Shown here: positions 19,642 to 29,594 of the stretch, piece after piece
Position numbering within the stretch: position 1 is the stretch's first letter
How the letters are laid out: every line of letters starts with the position of its first letter
NCBI GenBank assembly: GCA_965223325.1
Contig: CBDCWI010000002.1
Location: 2,784,001-2,848,000, forward strand
Direction of reading: 5' to 3'
DNA: 64,000 nucleotides
Origin: Candidatus Multivoradales bacterium
Lineage (GTDB): Bacteria > Acidobacteriota > Thermoanaerobaculia > Multivoradales > Multivoraceae
The notes under the pieces: model-generated
Database searches by the model: none
Told to the model about the DNA's origin: nothing
Seen by the model: only the letters and a program-made list of their open reading frames with translations
Program-made: the position numbers and the translations under genes

Positions 19642-19782
19642 TCAGGGAAGCTTTCGCCTCCACCCCGCCTGGCTCATCGACGCGCAACACATGCAGCTGA
19701 CGGCGACCGGCATGCACCGGTGACGCTCGTCCCAGGAGGCCACAGGTGCCTTGGCGATGGAAGTTGAGTTTGTGCGGATCAT
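19642..19782 (-). CDS. putative Cys/Met-rich leader peptide of metY-metX (46 aa)
   Basis: MIRTNSTSIAKAPVASWDERHRCMPVAVSCMCCASMSQAGWRRKLP*; 4 Cys + 3 Met in codons 23-36; followed by terminator hairpin; alternative start at Met24. Confidence 0.65.
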   Translation of the reverse strand: MIRTNSTSIAKAPVASWDERHRCMPVAVSCMCCASMSQAGWRRKLP

Positions 19783-19950
19783 GATGCGGGCTCAGGAGCC
19801 TAGCAGAATCTTGCCTGTGGGGTGCGACAAGCGCTCGAATCTCGTGATTGCCAGAGATCGAGCCCTCATCGGAACCATGGCCGTCCCTATGCGTACAGCG
19901 GGTTTAGAATCCGGGCAACAAGCTGACTGAACATCTCCCAGGAGTTCCCA

Positions 19951-22719
19951 ATGAACGCCACCTTCTCGCGCACGGCTACCGCTCTGGCGACCAACCTGCT
20001 TCTCTCTGTTTTCCTCGTCTCGAGCCTCGGCACCACGCCCGCACTGGCCGCAGATAGCGCACTCGAGATCCCGTTCGAGAAGTTCGTTCTCGACAACGGC
20101 CTCACCCTCATCGTCCATGAAGACAAAAAGGCTCCGATCGTTGCCGTCAACGTCTGGTACCACGTGGGCTCGAAGGACGAAAAGCCTGGCAAGACCGGTT
20201 TTGCGCATCTGTTCGAGCATCTGATGTTCAACGGCAGCGAGAACTTCGACGACGACTACTTCAAGGCGATCGAGAAGGTCGGCGCTACCGATCTCAACGG
20301 CACCACCAACGCCGATCGCACCAACTACTTCCAGAACGTCCCCAAGACCGCTCTCGACACGGCACTGTGGCTCGAGTCCGACCGCATGGGGCACCTGAAA
20401 GGCGCCATCACCCAGGAGCGGCTCGATGAGCAGCGCGGCGTCGTCCAGAACGAGAAGCGGCAGGGAGAGAACCAGCCCTACGGCAAGGTGTTCACGGCGC
20501 TCGGTGAGAACTCCTACCCCGAGGGCCACCCCTACTCGTGGCCGACGATCGGCTCCATGGAAGACCTCAATGCCGCCAGCCTCGAGGACGTTCACGACTG
20601 GTTCGACAGCAAGTACGGCGCCGCCAATGCGGTCCTGGTAATTGCCGGTGACGTAGACGCGCAGGCGGTCAAGGCAATGGTCGAGCGCTACTTCGGTGAC
20701 ATTGATTCCGGCCCACCGCTACCGAAGAAGAAGGCATGGATTGCCAAGCGTTCGGGCGAGAAACGCGTCGTCATGCAGGATCGGGTTCCGCAGGCCCGGG
20801 TGTACCAGGTGTGGAACATTCCCGGCTGGGGTACCGAGGCCCTCGACACCCTCGACATCGCCTCGACGATTCTCTCCAACGGCAAGACCGCTCGGCTCTA
20901 CCGTCGGCTGGTCTACGAAGACCAGATCGCCACCGACGCCGGTGCCTTCGTTCTGCCGCGTGAACTCGGCGGCCTGTTCATCGTCCAGGCCAGCGTAGTG
21001 CCCGGTGGCAACGTCGCCGCGGTCGAGAAGGCACTCTCCGAAGAGCTGCAGAACTTTCTCGAAGAAGGACCCAACCCCGACGAGCTCGAAAGCGCCCTGA
21101 CCGTGACCCGCGCTGGCTTCATTCGCGGTGCGGAACGGATTGGCGGCTTCGGCGGCAAGTCCGACATCCTGGCAGCGAGCGAAGTCTACGGCGGTTCACC
21201 CGACGCCTACCTCGAGACCATGGCCTGGCAGGACCAGCTCGATGCCACGACCATTCGCGAGACCATGCGCGAGTGGCTCTCGGACGGCAAGCTGACGCTC
21301 GAGGTGCTGCCGTTCCCGGAATACAACACCAAGACGACCGATGTCGATCGCAGCACCCTCCCGGTGCCCGACACCTTCCCGGTCGGTGACTTCCCCAATG
21401 CCGAGCGCACCAGGCTCTCCAACGGTCTCGAGGTGGTGTTCGTCGAACGCCGCGCTGTGCCGGTCGTCAACATGCGGCTGTTGGTCGACGCAGGCTACGT
21501 TGCCGATCACAACGGCAAGTCGGGCGTTGCCAGCCTCGCCATGGACATGCTCGATGAGGGCACCACCACCCGCACCGCGCTCGAGATCTCCGAGGAAATC
21601 TCGAAACTCGGCGCGCGCCTCGGTGCCGGCTCGAACCTCGACACCAGCACCGTCACCCTTTCGACGCTCGCCGAGAACCTCGACGCATCGCTCGAGATCT
21701 TCGCCGACGTCATCCTCAACCCGAGTTTCGATGACGGGGAGCTCGAGCGGCGCCGGGCCCAACGGCTCGCCGGAATCCAACGCGAGAAGGCGCAACCCAC
21801 GCAGATGGCCCTGCGCGTGCTGCCAAAGCTGCTCTACGGCGGGGACCACCCCTATGGCATGCCGTTCACTGGAACCGGCACCGAGGGTGACGTGCAGAGC
21901 ATCGAGCGGTCCGACCTGGCTGGCTTTCACCAGACCTGGTTCCGGCCCAACAACGCACGCCTCCTCGTCGTCGGAGCAACCAGCCTCGATGAAATCACCA
22001 CGAAACTCGAAGCAGCCTTCCGGAGTTGGAAACCAGGCGACGTGCCAACAAAGAGGATTCCGGAAGTCGAACTCGCCAAGGGCCAGAAGATCTACCTCAT
22101 CGACAAGCCCGGCGCTGAACAGTCGATCATCTTCGCTGCCCACGTCATGCCGCCCAAGGCCAACGACGACGAGACCGCGCTGCAAGCAATGAACGACGTT
22201 CTTGGTGGCAGTTTCACCGCGCGCATCAACATGAACCTGCGCGAAGACAAGCACTGGTCGTACGGAGCGCGTTCGATGGTCATCGATGCCCGTGCCCAGC
22301 GCCCCTTCTTCGTGATGGCACCAGTCCAGACAGACAAGACCAAAGAGTCGCTCGAAGAAGTGATCTCGGAAGTCACCGGACTGGTGGGAGAGAATCCGGC
22401 AACCGAAGACGAGCTGGCGCGGGTCAAGGACCAGAACACCCTGACTCTCCCCGGTCGCTGGGAGACCTCCAACGCCATCCTCGGTGACCTCGCTGAGATC
22501 GAGACCTTCGACCTGCCGGAAGACTGGTGGTCGACCTACGGCGACCGCGTCAAAGGACTCGACCTCGATCAGGTCCGAGGCGCGGCAGAAAAGTACCTCC
22601 ATCCCGACAACATCGTCTGGGTGGTCGTCGGCGACCGGAGCGTTGTCGAGGAAGGCCTACGCGATCTGGGAGTCGGCGACATCGTGGCACTCGACCCCGA
22701 CGGCAACCTGGTTGAGTAG
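19951..22719 (+). CDS. M16 family zinc peptidase (PqqL-like, fused halves), exported
   Basis: GFAHLFEHLMF inverted zinc motif, second inactive M16 half, NLREDKHWSYG; signal peptide; AGGAG SD. Confidence 0.95.
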   Translation: MNATFSRTATALATNLLLSVFLVSSLGTTPALAADSALEIPFEKFVLDNGLTLIVHEDKKAPIVAVNVWYHVGSKDEKPGKTGFAHLFEHLMFNGSENFDDDYFKAIEKVGATDLNGTTNADRTNYFQNVPKTALDTALWLESDRMGHLKGAITQERLDEQRGVVQNEKRQGENQPYGKVFTALGENSYPEGHPYSWPTIGSMEDLNAASLEDVHDWFDSKYGAANAVLVIAGDVDAQAVKAMVERYFGDIDSGPPLPKKKAWIAKRSGEKRVVMQDRVPQARVYQVWNIPGWGTEALDTLDIASTILSNGKTARLYRRLVYEDQIATDAGAFVLPRELGGLFIVQASVVPGGNVAAVEKALSEELQNFLEEGPNPDELESALTVTRAGFIRGAERIGGFGGKSDILAASEVYGGSPDAYLETMAWQDQLDATTIRETMREWLSDGKLTLEVLPFPEYNTKTTDVDRSTLPVPDTFPVGDFPNAERTRLSNGLEVVFVERRAVPVVNMRLLVDAGYVADHNGKSGVASLAMDMLDEGTTTRTALEISEEISKLGARLGAGSNLDTSTVTLSTLAENLDASLEIFADVILNPSFDDGELERRRAQRLAGIQREKAQPTQMALRVLPKLLYGGDHPYGMPFTGTGTEGDVQSIERSDLAGFHQTWFRPNNARLLVVGATSLDEITTKLEAAFRSWKPGDVPTKRIPEVELAKGQKIYLIDKPGAEQSIIFAAHVMPPKANDDETALQAMNDVLGGSFTARINMNLREDKHWSYGARSMVIDARAQRPFFVMAPVQTDKTKESLEEVISEVTGLVGENPATEDELARVKDQNTLTLPGRWETSNAILGDLAEIETFDLPEDWWSTYGDRVKGLDLDQVRGAAEKYLHPDNIVWVVVGDRSVVEEGLRDLGVGDIVALDPDGNLVE

Positions 22720-22729
22720 ATCGGCAGCG

Positions 22730-25700
22730 TTAGCCTTCCACACCGGTCGTCAGTCGACGGAGGGAGGCCAGCATCAGACCGAGGACCAGGAGAATCATTC
22801 CCCAGCCGCCGAGAGTCGGAACGGTGTAGACGCTTGCGATGACCACGACGGCAACGTCGTGGTCGTCTTCGTCGCCACCGGCACCGTTGATCTCGTTATC
22901 GACCAATACGTCGCCGCCGCCGTTGCCCTGATCGTCTTCGACGGTCGAATCGTCGTCGTCGCCGTCATCGGCGGCGATCTCGGCAAAGTTCTGAAGCGCT
23001 CCAATAGCGTCAGCGCGCACGGCCAGGTTCACCGGCAGCGTCATCGAGGCGCCAGCCGGCAGAACGCCGACGATGGCGGCGCGACCGTCGCTGCCGACGG
23101 CTACCCAGGAGTAGGGCAAGGTGGCACCACCGGCAGTCGTGCCGGGAGGATTGTCGACGAGGTTGAAGGGCTCGAAGTCAGCAAGATCGACGTAGTCGTT
23201 GATCTCGATGCCGGACGCATCGACCGTACCCTGGTTGAAGATCGTGATCGTAAACGGCACCAGATCACCCGGTTCGACTGTCGTCGCCCCGGCTGGAACC
23301 TTGCGCAACGCGAGGTCGTAGCGGGCTGGCGCACGGGTGAATCCGAAGTCGGTCTGATGGTCGTTCTCGCCGGGTGCACCGGCGACCACAACCGCCACCA
23401 TGTGTCCGTCGTAGGGCTGGCCGGGGGCTGCCAAGGTGCTGCCATCGGAGTCACGTTGGTCTTCGCTATCGCCGTTGGCATTCGCAGTCGTTGGTGAGGT
23501 CCCCGCCGGCCAATCCGCTGGGGCGATCGTGACTCGGTAGGTTTCGCCCGGCACCAGGCGATTGGCTCCCAACATGCCAGAGCCGAGTGGTCCTCCGAAA
23601 ACATAGTGACCTCCAACCGTCGTGGTCTGGCCGACCAGGGTGTTGGTGCTGTCGTAGAGGTTGACCGTCGTGCCATCGGGAACCGTCGATTCGGACGGAT
23701 CCTGAATGCCGGCGTTGGGACCGTCGTCGATCCAGACGCGGTTTCCAATCTGTACCGGAGACGAGGTGCACAGGAGCTCCACATCACCAAGTCCGGCACC
23801 CTTGCCGAAGTTGCGGAGCACCGTTCCGTCGTAGATCTCGTGGGCGCCGGTCTCGTCACCCGTCGCGTTGGTCAAGTAGCGGATTCCGCCACTGGAGAAG
23901 TCGTGGGGGTTCATCACCGTATTGACGACCTCGGTGAACCGCGGTGCGAGGGCCAGACCTCCGAGCGAGGTTTCGTGATGAGAAAGGTCACCACCGCCGC
24001 GCCCTTGATCGTCGCGGTAATACCACTCGCTGGTGCCCATCGCACTTGGCGGAGGGTGTTCACCCGGGCTGCGACGGGACGCAAAGGCACAGCCACCGGT
24101 GCCCTCCCATGCCCAAGCGCCAGCCACCCCGTCGAGAACCTGGCCACCGAGAGGATCAGATGTCCAACAGACGCGGTTGATGTCGCCTTGAGTGTTGTTC
24201 TCCCAGAATGGATCGCCGTCCATCAGGTCACCCGGCGCAGCCTCGACGCATGGCCCGCCACTGCAGGATCCGTCGGCAGGATCGGCAAAGTCGCCGTTGC
24301 CACCGAGACCGGGGTTGAAGGCCTGCTGCCCGATCTGGTCTGAGGAACGATCACGGAACCCGAGAATCATCGAACCGTCGGAATCGAACTCGATGTCGGT
24401 GAGCATCGGCTGCGGGTAGTGCGCGCTGTAGCGGAAGGTGTTGGCCTGCATATAGAGATAGCCCTTGTCGAAGGTCCCCACCCAGGCATGCCAGCGCCCG
24501 GTCGCATCGTTGAGATACGGCGTTTGGACCCCGGCACCATCCGGGTCACCCTCCTCGGTCGCGAACAGGCCAGCGCCGCCTCGGTTGAACGACATGTCGG
24601 TCAGCGAGAAGACGGACTCGGTGGTGAGCGCGCCGCCGGTGAGTGGGCTGGTGACCCGAAAGACGTGCGCCTGCACCTGGCCGATGTTGTCGACGCCACC
24701 GTTGTCGTTGACGCGGAAGTCGTCGGTGAGGTCACCCACGGTGCCGTTGTCGTCGGTGGCAAAGCGGATCGGGCTGGCGTTGTTGGTTTCGCCGCTGCAA
24801 ACCCCACCGATGTAGAGCTCGCCATGGTGCATTGCAAGCGCGAAGGGTCGCCAGTCGCCACCCACCGCGCCACCGGTATCGCCACCGGGGCAACCAGGGC
24901 CGGGAATCGCGCCGAGACTTGCGACCGTCGCCGCACCGACACCACCTGAAAGATCGACGCGATAGAGGTTGCGATCGAAGAGGTTGACCACGAACAACGC
25001 ATCGTCGCCCAGCTCGATGTCACCGAGTCCTTCCTTACCCGGTCGACCGAAGAACGCCGAGTCCCATTCCATGTCGAGATCGATTTCCGGGGCTCCAGCG
25101 CCCGCACCGTCCGGATCGCGCCCCTGGTCACGAGGGGTGGGTACCGCTGCGGCTGCGTTGGGAATCACGATCGTAGCCAGCGGCATCGGCGAGCTCCGGT
25201 CGAGGACATAGACCGTGCCGGCACGCTCCTGTGCCGTGGCGCCAACCGGTCCGGGACCCCAACCCGAATGGCGCTTGCCGTAGGAAGCGGCAAAGATGAG
25301 CGCGTCGTCGGTCGTCGGATCCTGATCGGGGTCACCGTCGACCGCCACTCCCCAGACCGCACCGGTGAGGTCATGGGTCGAAAGCGCCGTTTCGCCCGTC
25401 CCGTTGACCGTTGGGGCGTGCGGAACGCTCACCACCGAAGCGACGGTGTCCGCCCCGGCCAGTGTGATCGGGCCACCCGCAAAACAAGTCGTCACCACGT
25501 CCGGGGAGGAGTTGCACCAGTCAGCCGGCGCATGCATCGCGAAGTCGACCCCGGCGTCGTTGCCGAGAGCGAATACGACCGACGTGTCATCGGTCGCTGC
25601 CAAGGCCGCTGAGGGTGCCAGGAACGAGAGGGCTGTGGGAATCTCCGCTTCGACTCGATAGGTCGTCGCGCCGCCAAGACCGCTCAGGGTGTAGGCACCG

Positions 25701-25909
25701 GTGGCCGAGGAGGTCGCCGTATCGATGATGGTGTTGTTGTCGTCCCAAGCGCGAACCACGACTCCCCCAATGCCGGGCTCGCCTGGGTCTTGAATCGCAT
25801 TCTGGTTGGCGTCGTTGTAGACGACACCAGTGATGTCAGCCGCAGCTGGGAGGGTGATCAACATGCCGAGCGAGATGAGAAGCAGCGAAAAGAGGGGCTG
25901 GGGTCGCAT
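22730..25909 (-). CDS. exported SdrD B-like / DUF11 domain protein with IPTL-CTERM sorting signal
   Basis: GVVYNDANQNAIQDPGEPGIGGV and IGNRVWID SdrD-B motifs, YDLALRK..PGDLVPFTITIFNQG DUF11, C-terminal VPTLGGWGMILLVLGLMLASLRR. Confidence 0.88.
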   Translation of the reverse strand: MRPQPLFSLLLISLGMLITLPAAADITGVVYNDANQNAIQDPGEPGIGGVVVRAWDDNNTIIDTATSSATGAYTLSGLGGATTYRVEAEIPTALSFLAPSAALAATDDTSVVFALGNDAGVDFAMHAPADWCNSSPDVVTTCFAGGPITLAGADTVASVVSVPHAPTVNGTGETALSTHDLTGAVWGVAVDGDPDQDPTTDDALIFAASYGKRHSGWGPGPVGATAQERAGTVYVLDRSSPMPLATIVIPNAAAAVPTPRDQGRDPDGAGAGAPEIDLDMEWDSAFFGRPGKEGLGDIELGDDALFVVNLFDRNLYRVDLSGGVGAATVASLGAIPGPGCPGGDTGGAVGGDWRPFALAMHHGELYIGGVCSGETNNASPIRFATDDNGTVGDLTDDFRVNDNGGVDNIGQVQAHVFRVTSPLTGGALTTESVFSLTDMSFNRGGAGLFATEEGDPDGAGVQTPYLNDATGRWHAWVGTFDKGYLYMQANTFRYSAHYPQPMLTDIEFDSDGSMILGFRDRSSDQIGQQAFNPGLGGNGDFADPADGSCSGGPCVEAAPGDLMDGDPFWENNTQGDINRVCWTSDPLGGQVLDGVAGAWAWEGTGGCAFASRRSPGEHPPPSAMGTSEWYYRDDQGRGGGDLSHHETSLGGLALAPRFTEVVNTVMNPHDFSSGGIRYLTNATGDETGAHEIYDGTVLRNFGKGAGLGDVELLCTSSPVQIGNRVWIDDGPNAGIQDPSESTVPDGTTVNLYDSTNTLVGQTTTVGGHYVFGGPLGSGMLGANRLVPGETYRVTIAPADWPAGTSPTTANANGDSEDQRDSDGSTLAAPGQPYDGHMVAVVVAGAPGENDHQTDFGFTRAPARYDLALRKVPAGATTVEPGDLVPFTITIFNQGTVDASGIEINDYVDLADFEPFNLVDNPPGTTAGGATLPYSWVAVGSDGRAAIVGVLPAGASMTLPVNLAVRADAIGALQNFAEIAADDGDDDDSTVEDDQGNGGGDVLVDNEINGAGGDEDDHDVAVVVIASVYTVPTLGGWGMILLVLGLMLASLRRLTTGVEG

Positions 25910-26097
25910 GGTGGGGGATCTCCGGAGGAACCGGGCTTCGGATCGCTGGGAGGCGATTCGGGAAGGCCCGGGAGAGGCGGCCCTCACGCTCGAGGGCTAG
26001 ACCACCTCAGAAGCAAGAGGGTCGGGAGAGAGGGGAAAGCGGGCGGAGGGCCGAAGAAACGGTCCTCGAGCGGCGGGAGCCGCGGGAAGGGGAATGC

Positions 26098-26137
26098 GCA
26101 GCCAGGCAGCCAGGCAACCAGGCAACCAGGCAGCCCG
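26098..26137. repeat. five tandem 8-nt repeats GCA(G/A)CCAG
   Basis: gcagccag x2, gcaaccag x2, gcagcccg, in the intergenic region upstream of the IPTL-CTERM gene. Confidence 0.85.
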
Positions 26138-26218
26138 GGAACCCTAACGAACTTCGCCTATGAATTCCATGAAAAGCGTTATTTCACCAAACGGGCGGGA
26201 CCCACGCCCAGGGCCCCT

Positions 26219-27946
26219 TCAGGAGACTGCCGCAACCGTCGCTTCCTCGAGGAAACGTTCGATGTCTTCCCAGGGGCGGTCGGCGAGCAGCGGGTTCCTC
26301 CGACTGGCGCGCACCACGTCGATCGCGCTACCGCTCTTGCCGTCGCGAATCGTGAAGTCAGCGCCGGCAACATAGAGCAACTCGAGAACATCGAGGTGAC
26401 CGGCTCGGCAGGCCAGCATGACCGGGCAGGATCCGCCCGAACGCGCACCACGGTCGGGATCGGCGCCGGCCGCGAGCAGACACTCGACCAGGGCGCCATC
26501 GCCGCGGATACTGGCGATCATCAGCGCCGTCCAGTCCAGGCGATAGTCGACGTAGACGCCACCCGCGAGCAACTGCAGGAGGGCGTCGAGGTCGCCACGA
26601 TCGGTCGCTTCGAGCATCGCCACTTCCGCCAGACCGTCATCTTGCGCACCGTATTCACGCAGCAAGGCTGCAGCGCGCGTGTGCCCCTTTTGCACCGCGT
26701 AGGCGAGTGCCGTACTGCCATCGTCGTCGCGCGGGCAGGGATCCGCTCCGAGTTCGAGCAGACAGCTGAGTGAATCGAAGTAGGCGACCCCGGTGGCGAG
26801 GCACAGAATCAGCGCCGTGCGCTGGCGCGCGTCGCGCGCATTCACGTCGGCGCCGGCGGCATGCAAACGACGCAGGGTCTCGGGGCGACGATGGCCGAAC
26901 CACGAGTAGGCGGCGAGCATGAGTGCTGTCTGGCCCTCCTCGCCGGGCGCCCGTGAGGTCAGGTTGGGATCGGCGTCTGACACCAGCAGGAGATCGAGAA
27001 TCGCAGGTGGCGCTGCAATCGATGCTTCCATGAGCGGGGTCCGGCCCTCACCGTCGTAGACATCGACCGAGGCACCCTCGGCCAACGCCCGACTGGCGTC
27101 TGCCACCCGGCCGATGGCAACCGCACGCAGCAGCTGCGACTCGGGTGACGTGGGATCGGCCCGCGACAGGTTGCGGCGACGCTCGAACGCCTCCTCCTGC
27201 GCCAATTGGCAGGTACGGTGATCGGCCAGCAAGGAGTAGACCTCGGAGTTGCCGCTGCTCTCGGCGGCAACCAGAACGCGAGCGCCTACCCGCGCGCCCT
27301 CAGCAATCAGGCGCTCGACAATCTCGAGATGGCCGCGCGCCGCCGCTTCAATGAGCGGCGGCCACCGGTCGTCGCGAGGCGATGTCAGCCCTGCCGCCAG
27401 GACTCGTTCGACGGCATCGAGGCGACCCATTTCGCAGGCCAGGCTGAGGGGGCGAACGTCGCGACCATCGCGGCGGCCGTCCGCGACTCTCGCCAGCAGC
27501 ATTTCGAGCAAATCGAGGCGATCGTAGACCACTGCGGTTTCAACGGCCGACGCCGGTGCATAGCGCGCCTCGAGGGCACGATCGCGGTGGGTGTCTTCGA
27601 GCACGATCACACTGCGCATGACGGGCTGGGCAGCGACATCCTCGAGCAACTCGCTGACCACCTCGTCGACGCTCGCAACCGGCCGCGGCTGCCACTGCCC
27701 TCCGGTCATCGGCCGCCGGTGTTCGAGAGGATCTTCGTCGGCCGCAAGCAGCGCGGCGATGACCTCAGGCCATCCACCCCGAACAGCGACCATCAGAGGG
27801 GTCGACCCGTACTGGTCACACACACCGACGAGGCCGGCCTCGATTCCACGGCGCACGACATCGATCTGGCCCGAGGCCACAGCCTCTAGCCAGCGCGCCG
27901 GTGGGTGGACTTCTTCTTTCGCGGTCTGTTGTCGGGACAGGGGCAT
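26219..27946 (-). CDS. ankyrin repeat protein
   Basis: Many GxTPLMxA / TALxxA...GADVNARD ankyrin repeats. Confidence 0.92.
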   Translation of the reverse strand: MPLSRQQTAKEEVHPPARWLEAVASGQIDVVRRGIEAGLVGVCDQYGSTPLMVAVRGGWPEVIAALLAADEDPLEHRRPMTGGQWQPRPVASVDEVVSELLEDVAAQPVMRSVIVLEDTHRDRALEARYAPASAVETAVVYDRLDLLEMLLARVADGRRDGRDVRPLSLACEMGRLDAVERVLAAGLTSPRDDRWPPLIEAAARGHLEIVERLIAEGARVGARVLVAAESSGNSEVYSLLADHRTCQLAQEEAFERRRNLSRADPTSPESQLLRAVAIGRVADASRALAEGASVDVYDGEGRTPLMEASIAAPPAILDLLLVSDADPNLTSRAPGEEGQTALMLAAYSWFGHRRPETLRRLHAAGADVNARDARQRTALILCLATGVAYFDSLSCLLELGADPCPRDDDGSTALAYAVQKGHTRAAALLREYGAQDDGLAEVAMLEATDRGDLDALLQLLAGGVYVDYRLDWTALMIASIRGDGALVECLLAAGADPDRGARSGGSCPVMLACRAGHLDVLELLYVAGADFTIRDGKSGSAIDVVRASRRNPLLADRPWEDIERFLEEATVAAVS

Positions 27947-28121
27947 CTGAGGGGCTACCAGAGGGGAATCGAGTTGAGGTCGGCAGCTAGATGCGCAGCC
28001 TCAATATGAATCCTCGAATTGTATCGAAGCGTCTCATTCACCTCAAATAACTCTTTTTTCTATTAAAATTGCACCCTCTGGCTCTGCTGCGAACCCCGAG
28101 CTCACTGAGGACCCCTGCGCG

Positions 28122-28886
28122 ATGATGCAATTCCTTCCGGATCCAGGCCTCTGGCACCTGCTGCTGTCTCTCCCCGCCGCTCTCTACCTGCTGGGCCCGA
28201 TTCTGGTGCACAGCAGCGTCCAGGCGAAAGCGACTCCACGTCCGAGGAAGACCACCCGGGAGCAGATGCCAAACGACCTCCTGCCGCTCGCCGACATCGC
28301 GGTCGTCCAGCTGCAGTACTGCGGTTTCGAGAACCCGAACTTCATTGCCATCGAAGAACCATCGCCAAACCAGTCGGTGACTGGTGTGGTGACTTTTCAT
28401 CCCGAAGGCTCCACCGGTTGCCGCTGGGGCTTCTATCAGGGAGGTATCCAGAAGACGACCTATCTCGAGTTCGTTTCGATGCTCGACGACGGTCACTGGG
28501 TGATCACCAACAACAACAAGGTCGAGCGTGCCTTCGCTCCCTCTCAGATCTCATCGCAGGCCAACTTCCCCGAGCGTCAGACCGTCGAAGAGCTGTGGAA
28601 GGCTCACCGAGCCCACCTGCGGCTGGTCTCCCGGGGGCGCACGGTTCAGGTGCGCACCGAGAAGTCGATCGAGGAAGACATGGCCCTCGCCATGCGCCAG
28701 AGCTACGAAGAACAGGTCCGCCTGGGCATGTTCCACCATCAAACCAGCGACGACACCTTTCGCCCAACCTGGCGCGGCGCTTTCCTGATGACCTGGCGCC
28801 TGCTTTTCCCCTGGAAAACGCTCACTCGGCGACTCGAGAGCAAGCGTGCCGCCGAGATCGGCCGCGTCGCCAACCAACTGGCCTGA
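28122..28886 (+). CDS. hypothetical membrane-anchored protein
   Basis: 254-aa ORF with N-terminal hydrophobic segment, GAGGA SD, host-like codon usage. Confidence 0.75.
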   Translation: MMQFLPDPGLWHLLLSLPAALYLLGPILVHSSVQAKATPRPRKTTREQMPNDLLPLADIAVVQLQYCGFENPNFIAIEEPSPNQSVTGVVTFHPEGSTGCRWGFYQGGIQKTTYLEFVSMLDDGHWVITNNNKVERAFAPSQISSQANFPERQTVEELWKAHRAHLRLVSRGRTVQVRTEKSIEEDMALAMRQSYEEQVRLGMFHHQTSDDTFRPTWRGAFLMTWRLLFPWKTLTRRLESKRAAEIGRVANQLA

Positions 28887-28921
28887 GGCAAGAGCGCCAA
28901 GCTCCTGCTAGCGTCGGTGGC

Positions 28922-29566
28922 ATGACCCGAGACCTACGCCACATACGCCGTGACTACGAGACTGGCGGCCTCGACCCCGCGACACTGCCCGATCAACCAC
29001 TGGAACTGCTCGAAACGTGGGTCGACGAGGCAATCGCCGGTGGTGAAGCCGAACCCAATGCGATGGCGCTGGCGACCGTCGACGAAGACGGCACCCCATC
29101 GGTGCGCATCGTTCTCCTGCGCGGTCTCGACGAGCGCGGCCTTCACTTCTTCACCAACTACGAAAGCCGCAAGGCCGAACAGATCGCCCAGAATCCCCGT
29201 GCGGCAGCGACCTTCTTCTGGACCGGCCTTCATCGTCAGGTGCGGGTCGAAGGCAAGATCCGCCGGCAGCCAGCAGACGAATCCGACGACTACTTCGCCA
29301 GTCGGCCGCGCGGCAGCCAGATCGGCGCCTGGGCCTCGCCTCAAAGCAGGGTGCTCGAGAGCCGGAACGAGTTGGAAGAGCGCATCCAGGAAGTCGAAGC
29401 GCGTTTCGCGGGCAGCACACCTCCCAGACCGGCGTTCTGGGGTGGCTACGTCCTCGAGGTAGAACGGTGGGAGTTCTGGCTCGGCCGCCAGAGTCGGCTT
29501 CACGACCGCGTTTTGTACCTGCCGACCGAGGGCGGCGCCTTCACGAAACAACGCCTGGCACCGTAG
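28922..29566 (+). CDS. pdxH: pyridoxamine 5'-phosphate oxidase
   Basis: IRRDY, EPNAMALAT, FFTNYESRK, RQVRVEG, SRPRGSQIGAWAS, EFW.GR.SRLHDR, RLAP. Confidence 0.96.
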   Translation: MTRDLRHIRRDYETGGLDPATLPDQPLELLETWVDEAIAGGEAEPNAMALATVDEDGTPSVRIVLLRGLDERGLHFFTNYESRKAEQIAQNPRAAATFFWTGLHRQVRVEGKIRRQPADESDDYFASRPRGSQIGAWASPQSRVLESRNELEERIQEVEARFAGSTPPRPAFWGGYVLEVERWEFWLGRQSRLHDRVLYLPTEGGAFTKQRLAP

Positions 29567-29594
29567 ACCGGGAACCCCCTGGAAGCCCAGGGCC

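Noticed and set aside
28418-28921. N-terminal extension of pdxH in the ORF track (likewise for can, dctM, lipid kinase, metallophosphoesterase and vapC ORFs)
   Set aside because: Extensions overlap upstream genes in other frames; family homology begins at the downstream starts used here, so these are not fusions
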